The notes under the pieces are model-generated. The model was not told the DNA's origin and did no database searches. It was given only the letters and a program-made list of their open reading frames with translations. Source: Owenia fusiformis (taxonomy: Eukaryota). From it: a stretch of DNA of 64,000 nt. Each line of letters starts with the position of its first letter. The first letter of the stretch is position 1. The DNA lies in NCBI GenBank assembly GCA_903813345.2, contig CAIIXF020000001.1:26102001-26166000 (forward strand), written 5' to 3'. A program made the position numbers and the translations under genes. Positions 13,401 to 25,811 of the stretch are shown in pieces.

Positions 13401-15704
13401 ATTCACTAAAGTAGCACAATAAATGAATCCAAAGCTTCATACCTGCAAATAATGGATAAATCCCTACCAAATCGAGCAAATGTTTTCATGAATCGCCATG
13501 TTTGTTATCCAAGGATGGTTGACTCCCAGAATGCAACATCAGTTAACCGTATTTACTCGTGACAGTTTTCAAAATGCGGGACAGCATTTTGAAAGCTGGC
13601 ACGTGTCATGTTGCATTCTGGGAGCCAATCCTCCGTTCCGGCGCAATCGGGCGACAAAATCACTTCAACATTTGAAGAGTCAGCATTTACCATATTCTAT
13701 GGCCACTGAGTGTGGCCATACAATATAAATAAGACACTCTTTGTTGTTTTGAATTTGCCTTAAATTGCCGAGCTGTTTTATTTTTATTGATGTAAACATA
13801 ATAAACTCACCTGCATTGATCTTTACACGTAGTCCTATTTCATAAATTGGTCTACTTCGCAGGATATTTAATCACAAAATAAAACTGAAGGAAATTTTCA
13901 CAACAAGCGGCCATCTTGACTAAATCGCTATAGCGGAAAAAAGGCATGCTTTCAAAATGGAGAACGAGACGACGTCTATTTTAAATGAAAACGTTCAATA
14001 TCTCATCAATAAGATAAGCCGTTATCATTTCAATTCATGAAATATGAACAGAATGATTTTTAGAATATTACATAAATTCATTGAACGCCGGCTTAAGGAC
14101 AGGGTGCATGTTGGGAAATTTTCTGCATTCCTCAATTGAGTCACATGTTATTTTTCAAACAAGAATAACTCCTTCCCCACATGGTCTACATCTTCCAAGT
14201 TTGCACAAAGAGTGCACTTATGTGCCTAGAAAAGCCTTGTGAGAAGGTTTGTTTTGTAAAATGTATAAAAAATGAGTAAATTCAGTGAAAAAAAATTCTT
14301 AAAATTTTCTGATTTTTTTCATGTAGTCCACCCGTGTAGCTCAGCGGTAGCGCAGGTACCTCTTACGCAATAGGTCCCGGATTCGATCCCCAGTTCAGGC
14401 AAGACTAAATTTGCTTGTTTGCGTGAAGTACTTCAGGGTGTTTGACTGAGTGGTCCGCAACTCGTACAAAAGGCTGTGGTGGTGTGTATGTCTATGTATA
14501 AGTGCACATAAAAGAACACCGGGCTCCTTCAAGGAGGGGTTTCTGGGTCTATCTTCCAGGTTAATTACGTAAAATCCGACCGTTTATATACGGGATATAC
14601 CCAAGAGGTACAGTGGGGATCATAAAGAATTGCAAAAGCTATGAAAATTACATGTTGTCGCACATGTAATAAATTCTTACCTCAGTGTATTCAGTGCTCT
14701 ATTTTCTCCGTCTTAGTAAGTCCAAATATAGTGGAATTTGTGTCCCTAATGACAAATAAGAACTTCAAAAGTTGAATTGGATATTCACATGTTATGCCGA
14801 CTCTTCAAATGTTGAGGTGATTTTGTCGCCCGATTGCGCCGGAAACGGAGGATTGGCTCCCAGAATGCAACATGACACGTGCCAGCTTTCAAAATGCTGT
14901 TCCGCCATTTTGAAACCTGTCATGAGTAAATACGGTTAACTGATGTTGCATTCTGGGAGTCAACTGTCCTTGGATAACAAACATGGCGATTCATGAAAAC
15001 ATTCATTCGATTTGGTAGGAATTTTATCCATTATTTGCAGGTATGAAGCTTTGGATTCATTTATTATGCTACTTTAGTGAACGGGAATTATTTTTCTACC
15101 GCTTGGGAGAGTTTGAGACACGAAACTTGGAAATTAGCTCATTGTGACAACTTGTGAACGTTGAGTTTTATTTTTGTCCCCCACTGTATTGCTCACCTTC
15201 ATTGGTGGTAAACAAAATACAATACAATACAATACAATTGAGGAATGCAGAAAATTTCCCATCATGCACCCTGACCTTAAGATTTTACAATAGTTCACGG
15301 TGTTCTAGATGGAAACACTTCTAGCCAAGAATTGGCTAGAGACTCGAGTAAGTCGGCATAACATGTGAATATCTACTTCAACTTTTTAAGTTCTTATTTG
15401 TCATTATGGACACAAATTCCACTATATTTGGACTTAATAAGACGGAGAAAATAGAGCACTAAATACACTGAGGTAAGAATTTATTACATGTGCGACAGCA
15501 TGTGATTTTCATAGCTTTTGTATTTCTTTATGATCCCCACTGTAAAAATGTTAATGTCAATGTGGGCGATAATATGTGATGTTGTAAATTTCCATCAAAT
15601 GAAACGCTTCAATCGGCCAGTAAAGAATATAAATATTAGTAAAATACATTTTCTTTGAATCAGTATACCATTGCTTTATATTTACCTGCTTGATTGTTCC
15701 ACAT
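4399..15704 (-). CDS. RPA2: Replication protein A 32 kDa subunit (RPA2), 267 aa with exon 4b. Coding exons: 15686-15704, 13037-13128, 11867-11962, [11244-11354 or 10200-10313], 9359-9553, 5318-5422, 4651-4748, 4399-4483
   Basis: All exons are GT-AG flanked with compatible phases. Protein: MWNNQAG, G/S-rich tail with SP/SQ sites, OB fold ([42 protein letters not shown]), winged helix ending [25 protein letters not shown], as in metazoan RPA32. Confidence 0.96.
4651..4748 (-). CDS. RPA2: RPA2 exon 7
   Basis: [37 protein letters not shown] flanked. Confidence 0.92.
5318..5422 (-). CDS. RPA2: RPA2 exon 6 (linker)
   Basis: [35 protein letters not shown]; phase 0/0. Confidence 0.88.
5753..6534 (+). 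repeat. 5' LTR (782 bp)
   Basis: TATA (CTATATAAG), internal 13-14-bp GAGTTATGATCTG tandem repeats, AATAAA; direct repeat of 8417-9211. Confidence 0.93.
8417..9211 (+). repeat. 3' LTR (795 bp)
   Basis: Appears identical to the 5' LTR by eye, except for one extra 13-bp repeat unit. Confidence 0.93.
9359..9553 (-). CDS. RPA2: RPA2 exon 5 (OB-fold C-terminal half)
   Basis: [65 protein letters not shown]. Confidence 0.95.
10200..10313 (-). CDS. RPA2: RPA2 exon 4b
   Basis: [38 protein letters not shown]; 114 nt, TAG/GTAAGT, phase 0/0. Confidence 0.93.
11244..11354 (-). CDS. RPA2: RPA2 alternative exon 4a (duplicate of exon 4)
   Basis: [37 protein letters not shown]; 111 nt, TAG/GTAGGT, phase 0/0, no stops, homologous to exon 4b. 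Confidence 0.82.
11867..11962 (-). CDS. RPA2: RPA2 exon 3
   Basis: [32 protein letters not shown]. Confidence 0.93.
12050..12451. mobile_element. Tc1/mariner-type MITE
   Basis: TA-flanked TIRs CTGTAGATACACTTAATTT / AAATTAAGTGTATCTACAG; internal 30-bp repeat in about 3 copies. Confidence 0.75.
12459..12770 (+). mobile_element. tRNA-derived SINE (Nin/Deu-domain-like)
   Basis: A box TGGCTCAGTGG, B box GGTTCGATTCC, core AAAGGCTGTGG..GTGCAC..AAAA, (AAT)n tail; second copy at 14326. Confidence 0.85.
13037..13128 (-). CDS. RPA2: RPA2 exon 2
   Basis: (G)[30 protein letters not shown]; phase 1/0. Confidence 0.92.
14326..15238 (+). mobile_element. Second tRNA-derived SINE copy, interrupted by a MITE
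   Basis: A/B boxes (TAGCTCAGCGG, GATTCGATCCC), same core as the 12459 copy; resumes after 15186 and ends in a (CAATA)n tail. Confidence 0.82.
14611..15186. mobile_element. Intact Tc1/mariner-type MITE (576 bp)
   Basis: TA-CAGTGGGG...CCCCACTG-TA inside the SINE. Confidence 0.85.
15686..15704 (-). CDS. RPA2: RPA2 first coding exon
   Basis: ATG TGG AAC AAT CAA GCA G|GTAAAT (MWNNQA-G), matching the MWN start of RPA32. Confidence 0.9.
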
Positions 15705-15860
15705 TACTGTTGTTATGCTTTATTTGACAAACTTTTGTTGTTGAATGATTTTATGCGGCGCAATATTTTATTTTCGCGGTAATTCTTGCTGCCATCTGGT
15801 GAGGAAAAGTTTAAATAGATCAGATGTGAAAATATTTTGGTAAGTAAGCGGGTAAGTATT
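15705..15860. promoter_or_regulatory. RPA2: RPA2 promoter, possibly bidirectional
   Basis: E2F-like TTTTCGCGG at 15771 in a local CpG cluster; two plus-strand GTAAGT donors at 15840 and 15852. Confidence 0.5.
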
Positions 15861-16314
15861 AAGAGGCATTTGTCAACTCACTGTCAATGTCAGGTTTTTT
15901 GTTTGTAGACATGTACATTATTTAAAGATATTTCACAAGTTTCCACTTATACTTGTCATCTAATTACTCTAGGCATCAGATGCTGACTGTGCACTTTCCC
16001 TTGCAAAATTGGGAGAAAATGAAGGAGGGAAATCTATCCGATACCTATGTGGATTGAAGTGATTATTTTCTTATCTTTCAGAAAAGGAGGTTGTTCTCGG
16101 CTTGGGGTTCCTTTTATAATGAAGGGGGGAGGGAATTCAGGCCCGTCTAAGATTTCCCAAGCTGTGGGGGGTGCGACTTGCGGTATGGATGGATTGCACT
16201 GCTGACACATACACACTCACACTCATTCTTTGAGGCCTTACAAAATCCCCAAAATATTTGGGCCTTAGAATTTATTTCACACTCTCTCATTGGTACATTC
16301 TGAGCATATCATGA

Positions 16315-16813
16315 CAGGCCTGTCAACTTGGGAACACCTAACATGAGTGACTTGGAAATGTTGAACACCTCCCCTCAAAATGTGGACACCTTGGTCCAAA
16401 TCTGAACACCTTGATCCAAATTTTGAACACCTTGGTATAAATTTTATTACATCTTGCCAAATTTTGAACACCTCAAATTTTTCGCGCTCGCTACGCTCGC
16501 GTTTCAAAACATCCGTCAACGGGGGGGGGGGGGGGGGGAGGTACGAAATATTTCGAACGGAATGCGTGACATATACGTAATTCGCATGAAAAGTCCGAAC
16601 GATATGCGTACGTTTTTTTCCGGCGTTCGTATTTTTGCTGTGTAAACGATCTTTTTAAAAAAAAATTCTACAGAAATATTTTTGCTTGACAATTACCAGG
16701 TAAAATGCGTATTTGCGTGACATTTTCTGTCACGCAAAAATAACTGGCGTGACTTCAAATTCTTCAGCAAATGCGTGACAAATACGCAAATTGCGGGACA
16801 GTTGACAGGCCTG
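16315..16813. mobile_element. hAT-like MITE, copy 1
   Basis: TIR CAGGCCTGTCAACT; homologous to 42257-42740. Confidence 0.8.
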
Positions 16814-17542
16814 TCATTATCATATATATTTCGAAAGGGGGGGGGGGGGGGGCAGTTGCCCCCAACAACCTACCCGGTCCTATTACCATCTCTAATTGGC
16901 GCCTCGGTGGTAGAAAAATTGATGTTGCCATATATTTAAGTCAAAGTTTGTTTTTTTTAAAAACTACGGATCCATGTCTCGGTAGTATAACATATGAACT
17001 GTGACATATAAGAATTTAGAGCCTCTATCTACTAATATGACGGGCTGAGACCGAATAAATTGTAGTGGTATGGTTAACTGGCGCCCGTAGTCGTGGTTCA
17101 CAAAAATAGACTATCTCTCTTAATTTTATGAGAAATATCAATCACCCAAACCCCCCTGGCCAAAAATTCTTTCAAAATCATGCAGTTTTTCACCATTTTG
17201 AGCACTTCTCAAGTGATTTTAGCTATATTTGGGCCAAAATTGTCAAATGTGAACCCCCCCTGGAAATTTTTGAAAACTGAACCCCCCTTGGCAAATCCTG
17301 GCTACGGGCCTGGTTAAATCATCATTATTTTGATTATTGCAACTTTTAAAAGTTGTTTAATTCACTTTACTCACTTCCTCGAAAAATTGTCTGGCCTAAT
17401 AAGTCTAGGTTATTATTTTCCTATCCTTGAATCATCAAATATGTTCACGCATACGTATAACATGTACTATACAATCCATAGAGAAATTGAACATGGCATT
17501 TTGTTGCCCTTCGTTATAAGAAGCAATTCCCATCGTCGTGCC

Positions 17543-18103
17543 ACTTGGTAGTGGTAAATGTGGTTAATTGCCGCTTGGTAGTGGTAAATGTGGTTAATTG
17601 CCGCTTGGTAGTGGTAAATGTGGTTAATTGCCGCTTGGTAGTGGTAAATGTGGTTAATTGCCGCTTGGTAGTGGTAAATGTGGTTAATTGCCGCTTGGTA
17701 GTGGTAAATGTGGTTAATTGCCGCTTGGTAGTGGCAAATGTGGTTAATTGCCGCTTGGTAGTGGTAAATGTGGTTAATTGCCGCTTGGTAGTGGTAAATG
17801 TGGTTGATTGCCACTTGGTAGTGGTAAATGTGGTTAATTGGCGCTTGGTAGTGGTAAATGTGGTTAATTGGCGCTTGGTAGTGGTAAATGTGGTTAATTG
17901 GCGCTTGGTAGTGGTAAATGTGGTTAATTGGCGCTTGGTAGTGGTAAATGTGGTTAATTGCCGCTTGGTAGTGGTAAATGTGGTTAATTGCCGCATGGTA
18001 GTGGTAAATGTGGTTAATTGGTGCTTGGTAGTGGTAAATGTGGTTAATTGGCGCTTGTTAGTGGTAAATTGCCGCTTGGTAGTGGTAAATGTGGTTAATT
18101 GGC
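17543..18103 (+). repeat. 30-bp minisatellite (TTGGTAGTGGTAAATGTGGTTAATTGSCGC), about 19 units
   Basis: Direct inspection. Confidence 0.97.
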
Positions 18104-18999
18104 GGGGGGGGGGGTGTATAGAGATATTGTATATCGTATAAGAGGCTGAAAATTTATTGTATATTGTGTAAGAGGGGGCAAAATTTATCGTATATGGTAT
18201 AAGAGGTGTAAAAAATATCGTATATGGTATAATAGAAAATATATGGTATCTAGAATTAAAGAAGGCTAATTATGAAGAAATTGTACCCCAAAGTTCCCCA
18301 TTGTGCCATACTGTAACCGTGTTGGAAAAACATGTAAAAGTAGTCTCTCTAATTAGTTCCACATTCCAGGTCAATCAATACTGTTAGTTTAGAGAAAATC
18401 CTTCTCAAACTAAGAGTTTTGTGCCCTTTTCATTCAAATTTTCACAGGAGGTGTTAAATATAGTCTCAAATAAGAATCATGCCCGATGATCAGAAGAAAT
18501 GAATGGAGGGGGAGTAGATCTAGCTGATTTTCGGTAGAAAATTCAACAAATCTTGAAGATTTATTTTTATAAGAGAAAGTTTACAATTGAATGGCTAAAT
18601 GAATAGACGCAGTGGACGGGGGAATATGTTAGGTCTTCTTGGATTTTTTTTGAACTCTGGAGTTCTAAAATAAAAGATCTATTAAAAAAGTGCAGCGTCG
18701 CCAACGTGCAAATGCCAATTTTTTGCTATAAATCAACCAACAGGGGTCTACACGACCTGTAATAAATACTCGTAAGTGAAGTAATTATCACAAAACTATT
18801 GTCATCATTGGTTTTGTAAAACATGTTACCATACGTTATATAAAAAGTAATCGAAAGTTATTAAAATTGAACGGAGGGGGGAGTAATGTGTCTATAAGAC
18901 AAATGAAAACTTCCATTAACTCCACATGTCCCCATTTTTCACTTTTCAGAGTTGTAACATCAAGTTACTGCCCCGGCGAAAAAGCATGGAATAATTCCT

Positions 19000-21120
19000 G
19001 ATTATTCGTGAATTATTCATCAATATTCATGTAAAATATTCATGAATAATCCACCAATGAAGAATAATTATTCATGAACTATTCATGAATATGCGTGATC
19101 ATCAATTTGGACACTTCCCCAAAATTCTTCAAAACTGAATTACTGGAATATTCATGAATAAACTTTCAAGGACCCGTGAAGAATAAACAAGAACAAAAAA
19201 GAAAGAAATATCAAGGAATTTTTGAAGAATAAACATGAATTTATATTCCTTTTTATTCTTCACATTCTGATTCAGCAAAAATCATGAATTCTTCAAGCAT
19301 ATGCTTGAACATCAATTTGGATATTCTTCATTATTCTTCAAAATCCTTCTATGTTCATCATTTATTACTCATTTTTCATCATATGATAACTAGCACACCT
19401 GCCATGAATTATTCAAGAATAAAGATGAATAAAAATTTTAATTGTCGTGGAATTTTATAAGAATAAAGAAGGAGAAATTTTTATGAATCTTTAAGAATAC
19501 ACAAGAATGAGCATTCATGATTTTTGACGAATAAACAAGAATTAATATTCTTCTTTATTCTTCAAATTTCTAGTAAGCAAATTCATGAATTATTCAAGCA
19601 TATGCTTGAACATCAATTTGGACATTCTTCATTATTCTTCACAATCCTTCTATGTTCATCATTTATTCCCCAAATTTTCATCATATGATAACTTGCTCAC
19701 CTGCCATGAATTATTAAAGAATAAAGATGAATAGAAATCCTGATTATCAGGAATTTTTTAAGAATAAAGAAGGAGAAATCTTTATGAATCTTTAAGAATA
19801 CACAAGAATAAACGTTCATGATTTTTGACGAATAAACAAGAATTAATATTCTTCTTTATTCTTCAAATTTCTAGTAAGCAAATTCATGAATTATTCAAGC
19901 ATATGCTTGAACATCAATTTGGACATTCTTCATTATTCTTCACAATCCTTCTATATTCATCATTTATTCCCCAAATTTTCATCATATGATAACTTGCTCA
20001 CCTGCCATGAATTATTGAAGAATAAAGATGAATAGAAATCCTGATTATCAGGAATTTTTTAAGAATAAAGAAGGAGAAATCTTTATGAATCTTTAAGAAT
20101 ACACAAGAATAAACATTCATGATTTTTACGAATAAACAAGAATTAATATTCTTCTTTATTCTTCAAATTTCTAGTAAGCAAATTCATGAATTATTCAAGC
20201 ATATGCTTGAACATCAATTTGGACATTCTTCATTATTCTTCACAAACCTTCTATGTTCATCATTTATTCCCCAAATTTTCATCATATGATTACTTGCTCA
20301 CCTGCCATGAATTATTAAAGAATAAAGATGAATAGATTATCAGAATTTTTTAAGAATAAAGAAGGAAAAATCGTCATGAATCTCTAAGAATAAACAAGAA
20401 TAAACATTCTCGTTTTTGAAGAATATATATTAATAAATATTCTTCTTTATTCTTCAAATTTCTAGGAAGCAAATTCAAGAATTATTCAAGCATATGCTTG
20501 GACATCAATTTTGATATTCTTCAATATTCTTCACAATCCCTCTATGTTCATGATTTATTCCTCAATTTTCATCATATGATAACTTGACACTTTCCATGAA
20601 TTATTCAAGAATAAAGATCCTTATTATCAGGGATTTCTTAAGAATAAATGAGAAATCTTCATGAATAAACATTCATGTTTTTGATGAATAAACAAGAATT
20701 AATATTCTTCTTTATTCTTCAAATTTCTAATCAAATTGATGAATTATTCAAGCATATGCTTGAAAACTAATTCTTAAATATTCATCGGTAATTCTTCAAT
20801 TTTCAAACTTCCAGTCACTATTGAGTTCCCAAGAATAAAGATGAATAAACATTCAGGATTATTATTATCACTTTAGAATAATGAAGAATAAATTCTTCAT
20901 GAATAAACAAGGATTCCTTTATGATTTTTAAGAATGAAAATATTTTAAAGAATAAATGATAAAAACTTACCTCATTTCTTTTTACTGAGTTATTCATGTA
21001 TATGCATCATGGGTAGTAATCAGAAAATGCTTCATTATGCATCACCTCAATTTTTTATCTGATGTTTGCACTTTCCCTGAGTTTCTCAAGAATAAATATG
21101 AATAAAGAATAAACAATTCA
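19000..21120. repeat. Left subterminal repeats of the CACTA element (~300-bp higher-order units)
   Basis: Recurring blocks such as caagcatatgcttgaacatcaatttggacattcttc at about 300-bp spacing. Confidence 0.85.
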
Positions 21121-21259
21121 ATTGAAGTTACATAGAACTGCTTTATATTATTCTTAACAAATACTGTCAAACTACAAAATGAGTGTCCTTCTACAGGAAA
21201 GTTACAAAGTTACAAATACAAGTGTCTTGTCAAGTTGCAAATACAAGTGTCTTACGCAT

Positions 21260-23785
21260 CTACATTCTATTTTTTAAGCGTAATGCCTTTTGAATGTTAG
21301 CAATTTTTTCCTTCGTAATTTTTGGAGAAGTCTTACAATGTCTTTCCACTAAAGTTAGCACTCTGTTAACATTAGTCTGGTCTAGTGGGGGTCTAGAGCT
21401 CTCTGAACGACTTGATTTTTTCCCGGTGACACTATGGAGTATCAACTCTTCTTCTGTGAAAAAATAGCTTACCAGCTTTTTTGTCACTGAACGGACATCA
21501 CTTGCTGGTAGATGCTTAATAACATCATAAGCAATGTCATTTTCGTCCATATGCATTGCTTTTCTTATTTCAGCAACTTGGTTCTCGAGGTCCTTTACTC
21601 TCCTCTTTAGGCTTCTAATAGTTCTAGCAGACCTATATTGAAATAAATTGGAGACATTCAAAATCACAGGTATTTTTTCATACTTTTTTCTGAAAGGTAA
21701 ACATGGTCATGCAGGGGTTTCAATAAATATGTTTTCAACAGGCTTTTTTGGCGATTTCAATAGGCTGGAACTTATTTCACCAAAATTGCTAAGGACAATG
21801 AATTTTTTTCTCAATATTTGAACAGGCATACTTGTGATTTTTTGCCGTCTGCCTGACTCATTATGAAAAGGCCAGAGGGATTAAAGAAGTAGTTTAAGTA
21901 AACCTCTTTCAGTAACTAGTAATTTATGCTTGAGTTAACAACGTGAAATAAATAGGTAAAAATTATCTTACTTGTTCCCAGAGTTTGGGGGATTTTCTTC
22001 TTCCAAGTCTTTCAATGAATGCTCATCTTGGTTGGTTTTAATTTTTTCCCTTGATGCCTTTGCAGATCTGTTATAAATAAATTGGTGGCATATTTAAAAT
22101 CTGAGGCATATTTTAATTTTATACTTTATTTCTGAAAGGTGAAACATGGTCATGCAGGAGTTTCAATAAATATGTTTTTAATAGACCTTTTGGCAATTTT
22201 AATAGGATTTCACTAAAATTGGTAATTTCTCAAAATTTGAACAGGCTTAATTGTGATTTGAAATGGTTTTTTGCCATCTGCCTTTGACTCATGGTCAAAA
22301 TGGCAGAGGGAATTCTTTGAAGTATGGTAGTTAACTTAAAGGGGCAATAAGGCTTGTAGAGAGAAAATAGGAAAATTTCAACTTTTTCTGAGCTATCAAG
22401 GCAACATTTGGCTTAACATCTTCTTTGACATACCTATTTTCTTAAAATGTATGGATAAACTATCAATTTCAGCATTAAGAAGTGTAAATTCAGTTCAAAG
22501 CTAAATGGGACGTCCACTTTTATATTTTTAAGATCCACCATGTTTCAAGAGGAATATCAGCTGAAATAATGTTTATCTAGAGACTAGCGGGTTTCATTGT
22601 AGATAATAAAAATAGATGTTAGTCTTGATGAAGTATCCAAACTTAAATATATTTTGACACTGGTCCATGATCGTTAAATAGCCCCTCTGCACTAATTGTT
22701 GCACCTAAATTATGCTTGACTTAACAACATGAAATAAATAGGTAAAAATTATCTTACGTGTTCTCAGAGGCTGAGGCATTTTCAGAGGCTGAGGCATTTT
22801 CTGGCGAACTAGCCATATCATCTGTGTCACTCGATGAATGCTCATCTGTCATGTCTGTCTCCCTGTCCCCGGCATCTTCAATGCAACCACCTCGGTTGCG
22901 TGCGATGTTACCCCAATATGCCTTGATTAGACATATAATCTCATCTTGGGTTAAATTCTCATCAATGTACTTATCTGTCTTTTTGGCAGCTTGTACAAGC
23001 TCTGCATCGGACAATGATGCTAAAATAATAAGAGAAATTTCTCAGTCTAAAACTCAATCAGTCTCTAACTATAATGTTAGCCTGTAAGCGCAAGTCTTCA
23101 GTGATCAAAATAGAATAAAATCAACAACCCCAAAATTTTACGGGTGACAAAGTTTTTCATCCGTCAAAATAACCTACCTGTCAATATTTCGACAGATTAA
23201 AATTAGTTCCCTTCGAATGATGACCTGCAGGCCCTTAGCCAGGATTTGCCAAGGGGGGGTTCACTTTTCAGAAAAATTCCAGGGGGGTTCACGTTGACAA
23301 AGTTGACCCAAAATCACATGAAAATGCTCAGAATGGTGATGCATGATTTTGAAAGAATGTTTGGCCAGGGGGGGGTCCGAACCGAATCGACCCCCCCCCC
23401 TGGCTACGGGCCTGACCAAAAGGTCAAAAGTCAATCACACGAGTCGCAACTGACAGAGAGAGAAAAGTTGTTGGGCCAAATGTGTTACAGGGCCTCAATT
23501 AATGTGCCTTTATGTCATTAAAAGGCCTTTAAGGGCCTCATTTTTAAAGAAACTGACCCTAAATTTTCAAAATTTTGAATTCTAACAGTCTTGCTTACCT
23601 CCGATCCCCAAGCAAATAGCGTCGTGTTCTTTAGCTTTCTTTCCAGCACCAAATCTACAAACGACAAATTCACCTAGTTCTGGGCATGTTCCTTTAGATC
23701 TATTGACAAGATTCCTGGCAGGCTCGATACTTTGTGTAAAATCTTCCACCCAAAGTAGCAATAAATAGTCTGTTTTCTCCGCCAT
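21260..23785 (-). CDS. BEN-domain protein (305 aa), accessory gene of the CACTA element. Exons: 23599-23785, 22758-23019, 21972-22067, 21260-21632
   Basis: GT-AG exons with compatible phases (1,2,2). Coiled coil followed by the BEN-type pattern KKLVSYFFTEEELILHSVTGKK..RPPLD..V. Confidence 0.82.
23228..23414. mobile_element. Short hAT-like MITE
   Basis: CAGGCCC.TAGCCAGG...CCTGGCTACGGGCCTG termini; related fragments near 1253-1345 and 17150-17312. Confidence 0.65.
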
Positions 23786-25432
23786 CTTCTTCGAAAATTC
23801 GCGCGTCTGAAGATTGACGTAATGAAATATTAACCAATCAGCAGCAATGATGCTGTACCCAGGATGCATCGGGGAAGTGAAAGAAAATGGCAAAATTTAC
23901 TCTGTGATTTTGTATCGGATTTGTTAAATATTATTATTGATGTGCATACAAACGTAAATGTTATCCTATTTTCGGTATAAATACGTACAAAACTACAGTA
24001 TAATAAGAGTAAAACAGTCTGATTTATGGAATTTACATTAAAAGTAAAGGCGCGACGGTGTAATTTCGTTTAGTTGAGGTTTCAATTTAGACAGATTAAC
24101 TACTTCCGGCAAATCCGTAAAAACAATTTTAGATCAATATTTTGATTAAAAATAACAAATCAGGTTAGTAAATTCAATCTATTTCCATGCATAGATGCCG
24201 GCAAGATTATTTTTTAGAAGGATAGCTCAATATTATATTATTCAGATGGGACGGTCCCCTCGAAAAAAATCAAATTTAAAATTTACGTCAACGATCACGA
24301 GTCGGGGGGGGGGGGGGTGCCGCTGAGACTCAAAATATCTACCCACATCTTGGGATTTTGTTCTCTAAAAATGAACCCGGTTTTCTTTCAAAAATAGACC
24401 CACTTCAAGGTAATTTTTAAAACACAAGACCCACTTCCGGCGATTTTTTTCAAAAACAATACCCAGTTTTAGGATTTTTCCAAAAATAGACCCATCTCTA
24501 GGGATTTTTTCCCAGATTTTTTTTATCAAAATGAAACCTCAATCTAGGGTTTTTTCTTCAAAATGGGACCCACACCTAGGGATTTGGCGAAAGAGTGACC
24601 CATTTTAGTGGCACGTCCCCATATATTACTCGAGTCTCTAGCTTACAGCTAGATGTAACTTGATTGATTTCGTATGTTTTCCTGAAAAAATGTCATACAC
24701 GCACCTTGAACTCATTTTTAATAGTTTCTATAAATATTTATAAGAATATTAATCATATTGATGTAGAAGCTTTGCTTGTCTGAATTTGGTAGTTTAGAGA
24801 ATACAACACCAAGAAAATGCATGCTGGTGGCTCCCAGAGGGTATACACATTTTTCACCAAGTGCTTTTTTCATCTCCAATCAAATTGCAGGATTCGATCA
24901 CGTGAACAATCATGGGCACATGCTCTCTCAGTGCTGCGCATGCGCAGAGTTAAATTTGAAATCGTGGGAATGGCGCTTACATCAGTTCAACATCGTCATT
25001 TCAAACCTATGGTAATACTATTGAAGTTACTCGATCCATACTTGTAAAGAATACTCATAAAACTACAGTGAAAATTTGGAGATCCATTTCAACGGCAAAT
25101 TGAGGCCTGTTTATAAAATTTGTTTTCGAACGTGCTAATATGATAGGGCATCTTTGGGGAATCTCCCCCCTGGCCAACACGGTAAAATACCGAATGGCGA
25201 AAAAAGCGAACGCATTCCGTTCGGTCTTTGCACGCGATTGCCGTTTATGTCACGCATTTGGTACAAAATATGTGTATATATCACTCATTTGTTTCGAAAA
25301 TATTCACATCTACTATATATATTTTGCAAGTGGATCCAAGAGACCAAGTGGGCAAGTAAATTATTTTGCAGGGGTGGCATGATACACAGATTTCAATTTT
25401 GTATATAGTGAATTCCCAGTGATTGATTTCAG

Positions 25433-25790
25433 TACAGTAAAACTGTCATAGTGAACACCTCTTTAGTGAAGATCTGTGCCCAGTGACATGCCTCTACTCT
25501 ATTGAACACCTGTGTATATTATAGTGAACACCGATTCCGTCCCAGTCAGTGAGTTCAGTACAGTAAAAATATCCTAATGAACACCTCTTTAGTGAAGATC
25601 TGTGCCCAGTGAAAACATGCGTCTACTCTATTGAACACCTGTGTATAGTGAACACCAATTCCCAGTACAGTAAAACTGTCATAATGAACATCTCTTTAGT
25701 GAAATACTGTGCCCAGCGAACATATGAGTATACTCTATTGAACACCTGTGTGTAAGCGAACACCAATTCCCAGCCAGTGATTTCAGTAAC
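25433..25790 (+). repeat. ~115-125-bp tandem repeat, about 3 units
   Basis: Recurring cagtacagtaaaa...gaacacctctttagtgaa...gtgaacacc. Confidence 0.75.
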
Positions 25791-25811
25791 TTTTAGAGGG
25801 GATTGTACCTA

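Larger units (their letters stand above)
14097..15276. mobile_element. TTAA-flanked MITE (Kolobok-like GG termini)
   Basis: ~42-bp TIR GG(A/T)CAGGGTGCATG.TGGGAAATTTTCTGCATTCCTCAATTG, TTAA on both sides. Confidence 0.7.
13284..15542. mobile_element. Tc1/mariner-type MITE (CAGTGGGG termini) split by nested insertions
   Basis: 13284-13686 plus 15352-15542 together reconstruct the reverse complement of the intact copy at 14611-15186; TA flanks. Confidence 0.8.

Noticed and set aside
13811-13816. ATGCAG|GT as the RPA2 start exon
   Set aside because: Phase 0 does not fit phase-1 exon 2; the MWNNQAG exon at 15686-15704 fits.
17467-18141. ORFs in the 30-bp arrays (also 47450-49765) and in the 36-bp array
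   Set aside because: Artefacts of stop-free repeat units whose length is a multiple of 3.
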